Shown here: positions 1-9,400 of the stretch, piece by piece
How the letters are laid out: every line of letters begins with the position of its first letter
Position numbering within the stretch: position 1 is the first letter of the stretch
Source of the DNA: a virus
Reading direction: 5' to 3' (one strand)
Length of the DNA: 64,000 nucleotides
IMG/VR virus record: IMGVR_UViG_3300007734_000751
Location: 1 to 64,000 of that record
Position numbers and translations under genes: made by a program
Notes under the pieces: model-generated
The model's database searches: none
The model's input: the letters and a program-made list of their open reading frames with translations, nothing else
What the model was told of the DNA's origin: nothing

Positions 1-127
1 GCCACCTATGGCGCAAACCGGCCTTATCCAGGCCAAAATGGGCGCTGGGGAAGATATCAAATCCACCACGGGTCAATACGACAGCTCCATTGGTGCGACC
101 AGTAACGAGAGGACGGGTCGTGCGATT
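1..127 (+). repeat. 127-bp exact direct repeat, copy 1 (partner 38,597-38,723)
   Basis: Base-by-base identity from gccacctatg to tgcgatt; first mismatch at 128 (c vs t). Confidence 0.93.
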
Positions 128-901
128 CTGGCTCGGCAAAACCAAGGCGATACATCCACGTATCACTACGTGGACAATCTCGCGCGTGCGGTCAGATATA
201 CGACAAGACAACTCGTCGATCTGATCCCTAAGATCTATGACACGGAACGTGTTGCGAGAATCGTAGGACTCGACGGCGAAGTGGGTATGGTGAAAATCAA
301 CCCGAATCAGCCAGAACCAGTGCGCGTCATTAAGGATCCGATCACGGGTCTGGACATTGAAAAGATCTACAACCCATCAGTCGGCACATACGACGTGGTG
401 GTGACGACAGGCCCAAGCTACGCAACCAAGCGCCAAGAGGCGATGGAAGCAATGCAGATGATCTTGCAGACTAACCCGCAGCTCTGGGGCGTGGCAGGCG
501 ACTTGTTCATCAAGAACATGGACTGGCCTGGAGCGCAGGAAATGGCGGCGCGCTTTGCCAAGACGCTTGATCCAAAGGTTCTGGATAATACAGATGAGTC
601 GCCAGAAGCGCAGATGATGCGCGCTCAGATGAACGACATGGCGAACCAGATGGAACAGACTGCGGCGTTGGTGCAACAGTTGCAGCAAAGCTACGACATG
701 CAGAAACTGGCGATTGACGAGCAAAATACGCAGATTAAGGCGTATGACGCAGAGACAAAACGTCTTCAGGCCATGCAAAGCGGACTGTCGCCTGAACAGA
801 TCCAAGACATTGTAATGGGAACGGTCGCAGCGGCTATGGATACGGGCGATATTGTGCCTCGTAACACGCCGATGCAACCACAACTGCCAGGATTAGAATA
901 A
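2..901 (+). CDS. Portal protein, C-terminal part (5' truncated by window start)
   Basis: Protein identical to the C-terminal 297 aa of the 709-aa portal at 37,368-39,497. Confidence 0.92.
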   Translation, partial: PPMAQTGLIQAKMGAGEDIKSTTGQYDSSIGATSNERTGRAILARQNQGDTSTYHYVDNLARAVRYTTRQLVDLIPKIYDTERVARIVGLDGEVGMVKINPNQPEPVRVIKDPITGLDIEKIYNPSVGTYDVVVTTGPSYATKRQEAMEAMQMILQTNPQLWGVAGDLFIKNMDWPGAQEMAARFAKTLDPKVLDNTDESPEAQMMRAQMNDMANQMEQTAALVQQLQQSYDMQKLAIDEQNTQIKAYDAETKRLQAMQSGLSPEQIQDIVMGTVAAAMDTGDIVPRNTPMQPQLPGLE

Positions 902-1263
902 TGAGCTGCGGGGATCTCATAGGCCACCTCTTCTTAGCCCGCGATGTGACTCACAGCGTGCATCTAAACACCCGTTCTTATGCAAAACATAAGGCTTTGG
1001 GCGGTTTTTATAGCAAAGTTATCGACTTAGCGGACGATTTAGCTGAAGCATATCAAGGCCGTCATGGACTGATCGGGCCGATTACGCTCCATTCGGCCAA
1101 GAAAACGGGCAATGTTGTCGAGTTTCTTGAAGATTCACTGAAAGATGTCGAGGATCTTCGTTATAAAGTCTGTGAAAAGGACGATACGGCGATCCAAAAC
1201 ATTATCGACGAGATAGTTGGTCTTTATCTCAAAACCCTGTATAAATTGAAATTCCTAGCGTGA
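901..1263 (+). CDS. Ferritin/Dps-like four-helix protein
   Basis: HxxHLNT-SYAKHKALxxFY-LADDLAEAYQG pattern resembling Dps/ferritin-like phage proteins; TAATG coupling to portal. Confidence 0.65.
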   Translation: MSCGDLIGHLFLARDVTHSVHLNTRSYAKHKALGGFYSKVIDLADDLAEAYQGRHGLIGPITLHSAKKTGNVVEFLEDSLKDVEDLRYKVCEKDDTAIQNIIDEIVGLYLKTLYKLKFLA

Positions 1264-1270
1264 GGAAATC

Positions 1271-1540
1271 ATGGCTTATTACACAAAACTGACCGCATCA
1301 TCGCAGGTCAAAGTTGGTCTTGGCAAGCTAAAAGGTATTTTTGCCAGCTCTGGCTCATCGCCGACGGTTGCTGTTTACGATACGCCTGACGGCGACACCA
1401 ACGACCCTGTTGTTATCGCGCAATTTACGGCTGCAACGCCTGGAAATTACGTTTTTACGGCGGAAGGCATTAGTCTAAATAACGGCCTTTATGTTGTTCT
1501 CGGCGGCACAAATCCTGTGGTTACTATTCTTTTCGAGTAA
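1271..1540 (+). CDS. Small virion-associated beta-rich protein
   Basis: GAGG RBS; conserved in unit B (39,867-40,136); in the structural operon. Confidence 0.6.
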   Translation: MAYYTKLTASSQVKVGLGKLKGIFASSGSSPTVAVYDTPDGDTNDPVVIAQFTAATPGNYVFTAEGISLNNGLYVVLGGTNPVVTILFE

Positions 1541-1545
1541 TCTAA

Positions 1546-3888
1546 ATGGCCTTTATTTATAATCTTAGCGACACATGGAATGATGCTGCAACGACTTGGA
1601 ACGGCATTAAATTAGCCGTTACCAACTCTGGTTCTGATTCATCGTCCAAACTGCTTAATTTGACTGTTACAGGGGCGTCTACAGGGTCATTTACCGTCGA
1701 TAAAAGCGGTAATTTGCTCTTAAGTGGCTCGGTCAATAAGATTACGATGACGGCTCCAGCCACGGGCGCAACGCTCACGCTGGCTGATGGCTCTACTTTT
1801 GCGACATCTGGCGCTCACAGCGCAACTTTTACGTTCTCCGGCGCGACAACGCTGACGTTCCCAACGAGCGGCACGGTCACGGCGCTTGGCAACACGACGA
1901 CAGGCTCTGGCAGCATCGTCTTAGCGACCAGCCCTACGCTTGTTAGCCCTGCACTTGGCACGCCATCATCTGTCACGCTCACGAACGCCACTGGTCTGCC
2001 GATCTCGACGGGTCTGACAGGCACAGGCACGGGCGTTCTGACGGCTCTGGCTGTCAATGTCGGCTCTGCGGGCGCGTTTGTTACGTTTAATGGCGCGCTT
2101 GGCACGCCATCGTCAGGTAATCTATCAAACTGCACAGGCTACCCAGTTTCAGGTCTTGGTGGTCTTGGAACGGGCGTGGCGACTGCATTAGCAGTAAATG
2201 TCGGCTCTGCGGGCGCTTTCGTTGTTAATGGCGGTGCATTAGGCACGCCATCGTCAGGGACTCTGACAAATGCGACGGGATTACCTATTAGCACAGGCGT
2301 TGACGGCCTTGGGACAGGTGTTGCGACGTTCTTGGCGACGCCGACGAGCGCGAATCTCGCGGCGGCTGTCACAAATGAAACAGGGTCTGGGCCTCTAGTC
2401 TTTGCAACCAGCCCAACTTTCACGTCTCAGGTTACGCTTGGCACGTCTAGCTCGACACGCGGCACGTTGGTTCTATCCAACACAAGCGCCAATACGGTTA
2501 CGCTGCAATCATCAAATACCACCGCCGCAAATTACACGCTGACCTTCCCTGCGGCTGCACCTGTCAACGGTTACTACCTCCAAACTGACAGTCTTGGCGT
2601 CCTATCTTGGGCGGCAGGTGGTGGTGGAGGCGGTGGGTCACCCGGTGGGTCTAACACGCAGGTTCAGTTTAACGATTCCGCTACCTTTGGCGGTATGCCT
2701 GCCTTTACTTACGACAAGACGACCTACACGCTTGGTCTTGGTGTCGCTTCTACCTCTACAGGCACATTCAGCCTTTATAATTCAGCCAGCGCCAATTCTG
2801 TTAGCTTGAAGTCAGGTAACAACGCCTCTGCTTGGACGTTAACGCTGCCAACTGGCCCAGGAACAAACGGCTATGGCCTTGTAACGGACGGATCTGGCAA
2901 CACTTCATGGGCTGCTATTCCATCTGGCACGATTAACACCGGCACAATCGGTCAGATCACCTATTACAGCGGCACAAACGCGCTGTCTGGCACAACGACC
3001 GGCACGGGCGTCCTAACTGCTCTTGCGGTTAATACGGGATCTGCCGGAGCATTTGTTGTTAATGGCGGAGCGTTAGGCACACCTTCCAGCGGCACACTTT
3101 CGGGCTGCACAGGTCTGCCAATCTCTACCGGCGTGTCGGGTCTTGGCACAAGCGTAGCGACCGCATTAGCTGTCAATGTCGGAACGGCAGGCGCTGTTGT
3201 TGTTAATGGCGGAGCGTTAGGCACACCGTCTAGTGGCACGCTCTCAAGCTGCACGGGTTTGCCTGTTAGCACAGGTGTTAGTGGTCTTGGCACAAGCGTA
3301 GCGACCGCTTTAGCCGTTAACGTTGGTTCGGCTGGAGCGTTTGTCGTTAACGGCGGCGCTCTTGGAACGCCTTCAAGTGGCACACTTTCAAGCTGCACAG
3401 GTCTTCCTATTTCGACAGGTGTTAGTGGTTTAGGCAGTGGCGTTGCGACGTTCCTAGCGACACCGTCATCAGCCAATTTAGCTACTGCCGTTACGGACGA
3501 GACAGGCTCTGGTTCGTTGGTATTCGGCACGTCGCCTACGCTGTCGAATCCGACAGTCACTAACTACGTTGAGACATACTATAACATTGGCACAGTCACC
3601 TCTACGGTGACGTTGAATCTTGCCAATGGCACATTCCAAAACTTGACACTGACTTCAGCAACCGCTTTGACTGTAACAATGCCGACAGCCACCGCAGGTA
3701 AATCTTTCATCTTGATCGTTCGTCAACCTGCCTCTGGCACAGCAACAACGGCGACATTTACCAGCGTCAAATGGCCTGCTAGCACTGCTCCGACGATCAC
3801 AGCTACCGTTGGTAGAGCTGACATTATCTCGTTTTTCTCAGATGGCACGAACTGGTATGGTTCAGCCGTCCAAAACTTCACACCGTAA
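1546..3888 (+). CDS. Tail fibre (G/T/S-rich, 48-aa repeats)
   Basis: Repeated ALGTPSSGTL/TGLP motifs, poly-Gly linker plus PGGSNTQVQFND motif, fibre-type C-terminal domain. Confidence 0.85.
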   Translation: MAFIYNLSDTWNDAATTWNGIKLAVTNSGSDSSSKLLNLTVTGASTGSFTVDKSGNLLLSGSVNKITMTAPATGATLTLADGSTFATSGAHSATFTFSGATTLTFPTSGTVTALGNTTTGSGSIVLATSPTLVSPALGTPSSVTLTNATGLPISTGLTGTGTGVLTALAVNVGSAGAFVTFNGALGTPSSGNLSNCTGYPVSGLGGLGTGVATALAVNVGSAGAFVVNGGALGTPSSGTLTNATGLPISTGVDGLGTGVATFLATPTSANLAAAVTNETGSGPLVFATSPTFTSQVTLGTSSSTRGTLVLSNTSANTVTLQSSNTTAANYTLTFPAAAPVNGYYLQTDSLGVLSWAAGGGGGGGSPGGSNTQVQFNDSATFGGMPAFTYDKTTYTLGLGVASTSTGTFSLYNSASANSVSLKSGNNASAWTLTLPTGPGTNGYGLVTDGSGNTSWAAIPSGTINTGTIGQITYYSGTNALSGTTTGTGVLTALAVNTGSAGAFVVNGGALGTPSSGTLSGCTGLPISTGVSGLGTSVATALAVNVGTAGAVVVNGGALGTPSSGTLSSCTGLPVSTGVSGLGTSVATALAVNVGSAGAFVVNGGALGTPSSGTLSSCTGLPISTGVSGLGSGVATFLATPSSANLATAVTDETGSGSLVFGTSPTLSNPTVTNYVETYYNIGTVTSTVTLNLANGTFQNLTLTSATALTVTMPTATAGKSFILIVRQPASGTATTATFTSVKWPASTAPTITATVGRADIISFFSDGTNWYGSAVQNFTP
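2995..3440 (+). repeat. Three tandem ~144-bp (48-aa) coding repeats in the tail fibre
   Basis: aatggcggagcgttaggcacacc at 3,061 and 3,205 (144-nt period); a third degenerate copy follows. Confidence 0.8.
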
Positions 3889-6323
3889 TGTTTTCATCTA
3901 AGGATCTATTCTTCACACCTGCGGCTGGCGGTTACACCGTCAGTAAAAGTCTGCGTTTTCGTTCAGGTTCAACAACTTATTTAAATAGAACGCAAGGATC
4001 GCCTACAAATCAAATTAAATGGACTTGGAGCGCATGGGTTAAATTAGGAACATTAGGCGTCGATAGGACATTATTTGGCGCTGCGAATGCAGGCTCGGCT
4101 CCTTACGCAAGTATTTTTGTTACTAGCGGCGATAATTTGCGAATGAACGCGTCGCTTAATGGTTCTACAAGTGATGTCGATTTAATTACAACTTCAGTAT
4201 ATCGAGATCCGTCAGCTTGGTATCATATTGTTTTTATATACGATAGCGCGCAAGGAACTTCAACAAATAGATGTTCACTATACGTTAATGGCGTTCAGGT
4301 AACATCATTTTCTACGTCTACTTATCCTGGTTCTAGTGTAACAACAGCTATAAACACTAATACTTATGCAGCGGCCTTTGGTAGACGCCAAAATGGTGCA
4401 ACATGGTATTTTGATGGCTATTTAGCCGAAGTAAATTTTGTAGATGGCTCTGCGCTAACGCCTAGCTCATTTGGCGCGTATGATACGAATGGTGTCTGGC
4501 AACCAATTACACCGTCAGTATCAAGTTACGGAACTAACGGTTTTTATTTAAAATTCACAGATGTTGGTGCGACGTCTGGCAGCAACACAGGTTACGGTAA
4601 AGATTTTAGCACCAACACAAACTATTGGACGACGAATAACTTTGGCACCACCTCGACAGCCACAACATACGACTCGATGCTGGACTCGCCAACTAATGCG
4701 GCTGGCGATATTGGAAATTATTGCGTATTAAATCCATTAGATAACTATAATAACACCGTATCAGATGGTAATTTAACTGCAATATTATTGGGTTGGCCCG
4801 GAGGGTCAAATCCTAATGGTAATATAGCCGGATCTATAGCTGTTACATCAGGTAAATATTACTGGGAAGTTACTGTAACCGCAGCAACATCTAATGGTGT
4901 AGGTATTGGTGTTGCTAGAGGCGCTGATGGCATTACAGGATATACATCGTCTGGTGTCTATTATTTAGCGACCGGCAATAGTCAAACAGACGGCGGCACC
5001 GCGACAGCATATGGTGCGACATATGGTGTTAATGATGTCATTGGAGTTGCCTTAGACGCTACTGGCGGCACTGTTACATTTTACAAGCAAACAGGCGGCA
5101 CGGGATCTTTTACCGCATATAGCGCACTTACGTTGCCAAGTTCATCAAGCGGATGGAAACCTAAACTCGGAAATACTGCGGGAAGCGGGAATAGTTGGAC
5201 AATTGTTTTTAATGCAGGGCAACGCCCGCTTAACAATACAATTCCATCCGGCTATTCTCCGTTGACAACTCAAAATCTGAGCACACCGACGATCACCAAC
5301 GGCGCGCAGTATATGGCTGCGACGACTTATACGGGTAATGGCACTAGCATAACTGTTTCTAATTCCGCGAACAATACTATAGGCACAACGTTTCAGCCAG
5401 ATTTTGTATGGGTTAAAAAACGTTCAGCGGCTGGCAATAACGCGTTGTTTGACGTAATTCGAGGCGTCACAAAATATTTGATTTCTGATAGCACTTTAGC
5501 GGAAGGAACCGATGTTCAAACGCTAACGTCTTTTAACTCCACTGGATTTACATACGGAAATGAAGCATCGGGTAACGTAAATGGTGCGACCTTCGTCGGC
5601 TGGCAATGGAAAGCCAACGGCACAGGCGTATCCAACACCTCCGGCTCTATCACAAGCACAGTAAGCGCCAACACAAGCGCAGGGTTTAGTGTTGTTACTT
5701 ATACTGGTAATGGAACCATTGGGGCTACGATTGGACACGGGTTAGGGGTAAAACCATCTTTAATTATTGCTAAGACAAGAAGCAATGCTGATAATTGGCC
5801 TGTTTATCATACAAGCCTCGGCGCGACTAAATACATTTATTTAAATACTACAGGTGCCGAACAAACCAGTAGCACAACGTGGAATAATACAGAACCAACA
5901 TCTTCTGTCTTTACTGTCTATAATGATACAAGAATTAACGCATCAAGCTATACTTACGTAGCCTACTGTTTCGCTCCCGTGGCCGGATATTCAGCCTTTG
6001 GCAGCTATACGGGGAATGGCTCGACTGATGGGCCGTTTGTTTATACAGGCTTTAGGCCGCGATGGTTGTTGTTTAAACAGTCATCAGCGGCGGGCGAATA
6101 TTGGCATGTTATGGATACATCACGAAGTCCCTATAATGCCGTCGCATTAGATTTATACCCAAACTTATCAAATGCCGAAGCAACATATACTACGCCACCT
6201 TTTGATTTTGTATCGAACGGTTTCAAAATTAGAGACAGCAATACAGGATGGAATACTAACGGCGCTACATACATCTACGCTTGCTTCGCCGAAAACCCCT
6301 TTAAGATCAGTAGGGCACGATAA
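3888..6323 (+). CDS. Receptor-binding tail protein (LamG/ConA-like + SPRY-like + C-terminal beta domain)
   Basis: WTWSAWVK, RDPSAWYHIV, YFDGYLAEVNFVDG (LamG-like); SGKYYWEV...DVIGVALD (SPRY-like); PDFVWVKKRS. Confidence 0.8.
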   Translation: MFSSKDLFFTPAAGGYTVSKSLRFRSGSTTYLNRTQGSPTNQIKWTWSAWVKLGTLGVDRTLFGAANAGSAPYASIFVTSGDNLRMNASLNGSTSDVDLITTSVYRDPSAWYHIVFIYDSAQGTSTNRCSLYVNGVQVTSFSTSTYPGSSVTTAINTNTYAAAFGRRQNGATWYFDGYLAEVNFVDGSALTPSSFGAYDTNGVWQPITPSVSSYGTNGFYLKFTDVGATSGSNTGYGKDFSTNTNYWTTNNFGTTSTATTYDSMLDSPTNAAGDIGNYCVLNPLDNYNNTVSDGNLTAILLGWPGGSNPNGNIAGSIAVTSGKYYWEVTVTAATSNGVGIGVARGADGITGYTSSGVYYLATGNSQTDGGTATAYGATYGVNDVIGVALDATGGTVTFYKQTGGTGSFTAYSALTLPSSSSGWKPKLGNTAGSGNSWTIVFNAGQRPLNNTIPSGYSPLTTQNLSTPTITNGAQYMAATTYTGNGTSITVSNSANNTIGTTFQPDFVWVKKRSAAGNNALFDVIRGVTKYLISDSTLAEGTDVQTLTSFNSTGFTYGNEASGNVNGATFVGWQWKANGTGVSNTSGSITSTVSANTSAGFSVVTYTGNGTIGATIGHGLGVKPSLIIAKTRSNADNWPVYHTSLGATKYIYLNTTGAEQTSSTTWNNTEPTSSVFTVYNDTRINASSYTYVAYCFAPVAGYSAFGSYTGNGSTDGPFVYTGFRPRWLLFKQSSAAGEYWHVMDTSRSPYNAVALDLYPNLSNAEATYTTPPFDFVSNGFKIRDSNTGWNTNGATYIYACFAENPFKISRAR

Positions 6324-6799
6324 TGTTTTTACTTGACGGAAAAGTCCTTCAACTCGACACGCCCTTTGAGCATGATGGCACAAGCTATCCGGCTAATTGG
6401 CTTCGCTTGGCAAGTCCTGAAGATCGCGCAGCGATAGGAATTACGGAAGTAACCCTTCAGCCCAGACCTGACGACCGCTTCTACTGGGTCAGCGGCCCCA
6501 ACGAGAACGGCGACTACACAGCCATTCCGAAAGATCTTGACGGTCTAAAGAAGACTTGGACAGCGCAGTTCAAGAAGACGGCTTACGCTATGCTCGCCAC
6601 GTCTGACTGGATGGTCGTCCGTAAGCAAGAAAACGATACGCCGATTCCGGCTGACTGGACATCCTATCGTGAGGCTGTGCGGACAACTTGCGCGCTGGCT
6701 ATCACAAATCTTGAAGCGACGACTGACATCACATCTTTCATCACGGCGGCTACAACAGTTCAGTGGCCGCGTGATCCTAATAGCATTGACGCTATATAG
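6323..6799 (+). CDS. Tail fibre assembly chaperone-like protein
   Basis: YPANWLRLAS N-terminus and LATSDWMVVR...WTSYREAVR C-terminal motif; follows the RBP gene. Confidence 0.65.
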   Translation: MFLLDGKVLQLDTPFEHDGTSYPANWLRLASPEDRAAIGITEVTLQPRPDDRFYWVSGPNENGDYTAIPKDLDGLKKTWTAQFKKTAYAMLATSDWMVVRKQENDTPIPADWTSYREAVRTTCALAITNLEATTDITSFITAATTVQWPRDPNSIDAI

Positions 6800-6821
6800 A
6801 TGTTTATGTAATTATGTTTAC

Positions 6822-6844
6822 TACCGACTAGCCGGATAGCTAGG
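6822..6844 (+). promoter_or_regulatory. Conserved 5'-UTR RNA element upstream of scaffold gene (hairpin CTAGC/GCTAG, possible pseudoknot)
   Basis: taccgactagccggatagctagg identical at 44,463-44,485 despite different flanks. Confidence 0.6.
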
Positions 6845-6861
6845 TCAGAAAGGAAGTTGCC

Positions 6862-7641
6862 TTGAGCGACGAAGAACAGGCTGTAGCGGAGATCAGCCCC
6901 GCGCCGGAACAGGAAGCCACGGCGGCACCTGAATCTGTTGAGACGACGCCGGAGGAACAATCGACGAAATCGTTCACTCAAGAAGAGTTGGACGCTATCG
7001 TTGGCAAACGCCTCGCAAGAGAACAGCGCAAATGGGAAAGAGAGCAAGCACAGTTGCTTGCGGAGCAACAGGCTAGACAAAAGCCGGTAGCACCTCCACC
7101 TGCGCCAGATGATTTTGAGAACGCTCAAGCCTATGCGGAAGCATTAGCGGAGCAAAAAGCTCAACAGCTTCTGGCTCAACGAGAGTCCGCAAGGCAGCAA
7201 GCAGCTCTGCTTGAGTCGTATAAAGATCGTGAAGAGGAAGCGCGTGAGCGATACGATGACTTTGAACAAGTCGCGTATAATCCGAACCTCCCCGTAACGA
7301 ACGATATGGCCCAAGCCATCCAAGCTTCAGATATTGGCCCCGAAGTGATCTATCACCTAGGATCCAATCCAAAAGAAGCTCATCGGATCGCCAATTTGCC
7401 GCCGATCTTGCAGGCCGTGGAGATAGGTAAGATCATAGCCAAATTGGTTGCTGATCCGCCGACAAAACGCACTTCAACTGCGCCAGCTCCTCTTGCTCCT
7501 GTCTCAACTACTCGGTCAAGTTCCGGCCCAAGGTATGACACGACAGATCCTAGATCTATTAAGGATTTGACGACATCTCAATGGATCGAAAACGAACGGT
7601 TGCGACAGATTAAGATGTGGGAAGCGCGAAACCGTAGGTAA
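6862..7641 (+). CDS. Scaffolding protein (TTG start)
   Basis: Acidic/coiled-coil, FTQEELDAIVGKRLARE motif, directly upstream of capsid gene. Confidence 0.85.
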   Translation: MSDEEQAVAEISPAPEQEATAAPESVETTPEEQSTKSFTQEELDAIVGKRLAREQRKWEREQAQLLAEQQARQKPVAPPPAPDDFENAQAYAEALAEQKAQQLLAQRESARQQAALLESYKDREEEARERYDDFEQVAYNPNLPVTNDMAQAIQASDIGPEVIYHLGSNPKEAHRIANLPPILQAVEIGKIIAKLVADPPTKRTSTAPAPLAPVSTTRSSSGPRYDTTDPRSIKDLTTSQWIENERLRQIKMWEARNRR

Positions 7642-7648
7642 TTAGGTC

Positions 7649-8845
7649 ATGTCAAACTCAATTTTAACAATTGACATGATTACTCGCAAGGCTCTTGAGA
7701 TCCTTGAGAATAATCTTGTCCTCACGCGCACTGTAAACCGTCAGTATGACGACTCTTTCGCTGTAGAAGGCGCTAAGATCGGCTCGACCCTCCGCATCCG
7801 TCTTCCTGACCGCGCATTGGTCACGGACGGCGCTGCCCTTCAGGTTCAGGACGACAACGAGCAATACACCACGCTCGCTGTTTCCAGCCAGAAGCACATC
7901 GGCGTGAACTTCACGACTGCCGAACTGACGATGCAGTTGGACGACTTCGCTGAACGTGTTCTGAAGCCTCGTATTTCGCAGCTTGCGTCTTCTATCGACG
8001 CAGACGTTGCAAACAGCTTCAAATACATCGGCAACTCGGTCGGCACCCCAGGCACCACGCCTGCTACGTCGCTCGTTTTGTTGCAGGCTCAACAGAAGCT
8101 CAACGAGAACGCTGCGGTTATGTCGCCTCGTTATGCTACCGTCAATCCAGCCGCTAACGCTGCTTTGATCGAAGGCATGAAAGGCCTCTTCAACCCTGTG
8201 TCGGCTATCTCGAAGCAGTTCAAGAACGGTGTATTTGGCGAAGGCATCCTCGGCTACGACGAGCTGAACATGTCTCAGTCAATCAAGCAGTTCACGACTG
8301 GCTCACGCGCTGGCACTGTTACGGTTAGCACGACTGTTACTTCGGAAGGTTCAACCAGCATCGTTCTTACGGGCCTCGGCTCAACGACGATCAAAGCTGG
8401 CGACGTCTTTACGATTGGCAGCGTCTACGCTGTTAACCCACAGACCCGTGAATCAACCGGCTCGCTCTATCAGTTTGTGGCTCTTGCTGACGTTACGGCG
8501 TCAACGACCGCTACGGTCACTGTTCCTGCGATGTATTCGGCTTCACAGGCTCTCGCCACGGTTGACGCTCTGCCGGTTTCCGGCGCGGCTGTCACGTTCC
8601 TCGGCGCTGCTTCTACGCAGTATCCACAGAACTTGATCTATCACCGCGACGCGATCACCTTCGCCACCGCCGACCTTCTGCTTCCGCAGGGCGTCGATAT
8701 GGCAAGCCGTCAAGTTCACAATGGCATTTCGCTCCGCGTTGTTCGTCAGTATGACATCAACAACGACCGTCTGCCTTGCCGTATTGACGTGCTCTATGGC
8801 TACAGCGTGATTCGTCCGCAGATGGCCGTTCGCCTTTGGGGCTAA
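7649..8845 (+). CDS. Major capsid protein (P22 coat family)
   Basis: MSNSILTIDMITRKALEILEN...KIGSTLRIRLP...RIDVLYG. Confidence 0.95.
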   Translation: MSNSILTIDMITRKALEILENNLVLTRTVNRQYDDSFAVEGAKIGSTLRIRLPDRALVTDGAALQVQDDNEQYTTLAVSSQKHIGVNFTTAELTMQLDDFAERVLKPRISQLASSIDADVANSFKYIGNSVGTPGTTPATSLVLLQAQQKLNENAAVMSPRYATVNPAANAALIEGMKGLFNPVSAISKQFKNGVFGEGILGYDELNMSQSIKQFTTGSRAGTVTVSTTVTSEGSTSIVLTGLGSTTIKAGDVFTIGSVYAVNPQTRESTGSLYQFVALADVTASTTATVTVPAMYSASQALATVDALPVSGAAVTFLGAASTQYPQNLIYHRDAITFATADLLLPQGVDMASRQVHNGISLRVVRQYDINNDRLPCRIDVLYGYSVIRPQMAVRLWG

Positions 8846-8846
8846 T

Positions 8847-8869
8847 AGAGGGGGCGAAAGCCCCTTCTT
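8847..8869 (+). terminator. GAAA-tetraloop hairpin after capsid gene (terminator or processing site)
   Basis: agagggggc-gaaa-gccccttct; equivalent cUUCGg hairpin in unit B. Confidence 0.6.
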
Positions 8870-8896
8870 ACATCTCATCTTTTGGAGTTCATTAAT

Positions 8897-9355
8897 ATGG
8901 CTACAACTACTGCAAATGCGGCTTATCCGCTTGACTCGTTTGGCCCAACCCCCGCCATTCCAAATGGCGATGGTGGCTATCAGCTCGGCGCAGGCAATCT
9001 TGTCGAAGCTAACATGCAAGTTGCTACCGTTACATCTGCTACCGGCGACATCACATTGACCGCCGCGCAGCTTCTTGGCGGTATCATTTCTTGCAATAAG
9101 GGCAGCGACGCCGCTCTTACGGTTACGACGCCTACGGCTGCGTTGATCGACACGGGTTTGCCTAGCGCAAAAGTCGGGTCTACTTTTGAAGTAACGATCA
9201 CCAACAACAATAACAGCGGCGCTTCGTCTACTGTTACGTTCTCAGGTGGCACAGGCGTTACCGTCGTCGGCTCTGGCACTGTTGCTCGGTATGGCGGATC
9301 AACGTATCGTTTTATCAAAACGGGCACCGCTGCATACTCAGCTTACCTGAAATAA
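8897..9355 (+). CDS. Capsid decoration/minor head protein
   Basis: GGAG RBS then ATG at 8,897; LTAAQLLGGII...TPTAA motif; homolog at 46,540. Confidence 0.6.
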   Translation: MATTTANAAYPLDSFGPTPAIPNGDGGYQLGAGNLVEANMQVATVTSATGDITLTAAQLLGGIISCNKGSDAALTVTTPTAALIDTGLPSAKVGSTFEVTITNNNNSGASSTVTFSGGTGVTVVGSGTVARYGGSTYRFIKTGTAAYSAYLK

Positions 9356-9356
9356 T

Positions 9357-9380
9357 AAGGTGGGCTTCGGCCCGCCTTTC
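9357..9380 (+). terminator. cUUCGg hairpin
   Basis: aaggtgggc-ttcg-gcccgcctt followed by pyrimidines. Confidence 0.6.
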
Positions 9381-9400
9381 TCTTTCCAGAGGGTATTTCC

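Noticed and set aside
1557-3560. Long minus-strand ORFs opposite the tail fibres (also 40,519-42,384)
   Set aside because: Shadow frames of low-complexity G/T/S/A codons; no RBS or recognisable motifs
1546-6799. Diversity-generating retroelement acting on tail fibres
   Set aside because: No reverse transcriptase and no adenine-specific TR/VR pair; variation is by module exchange
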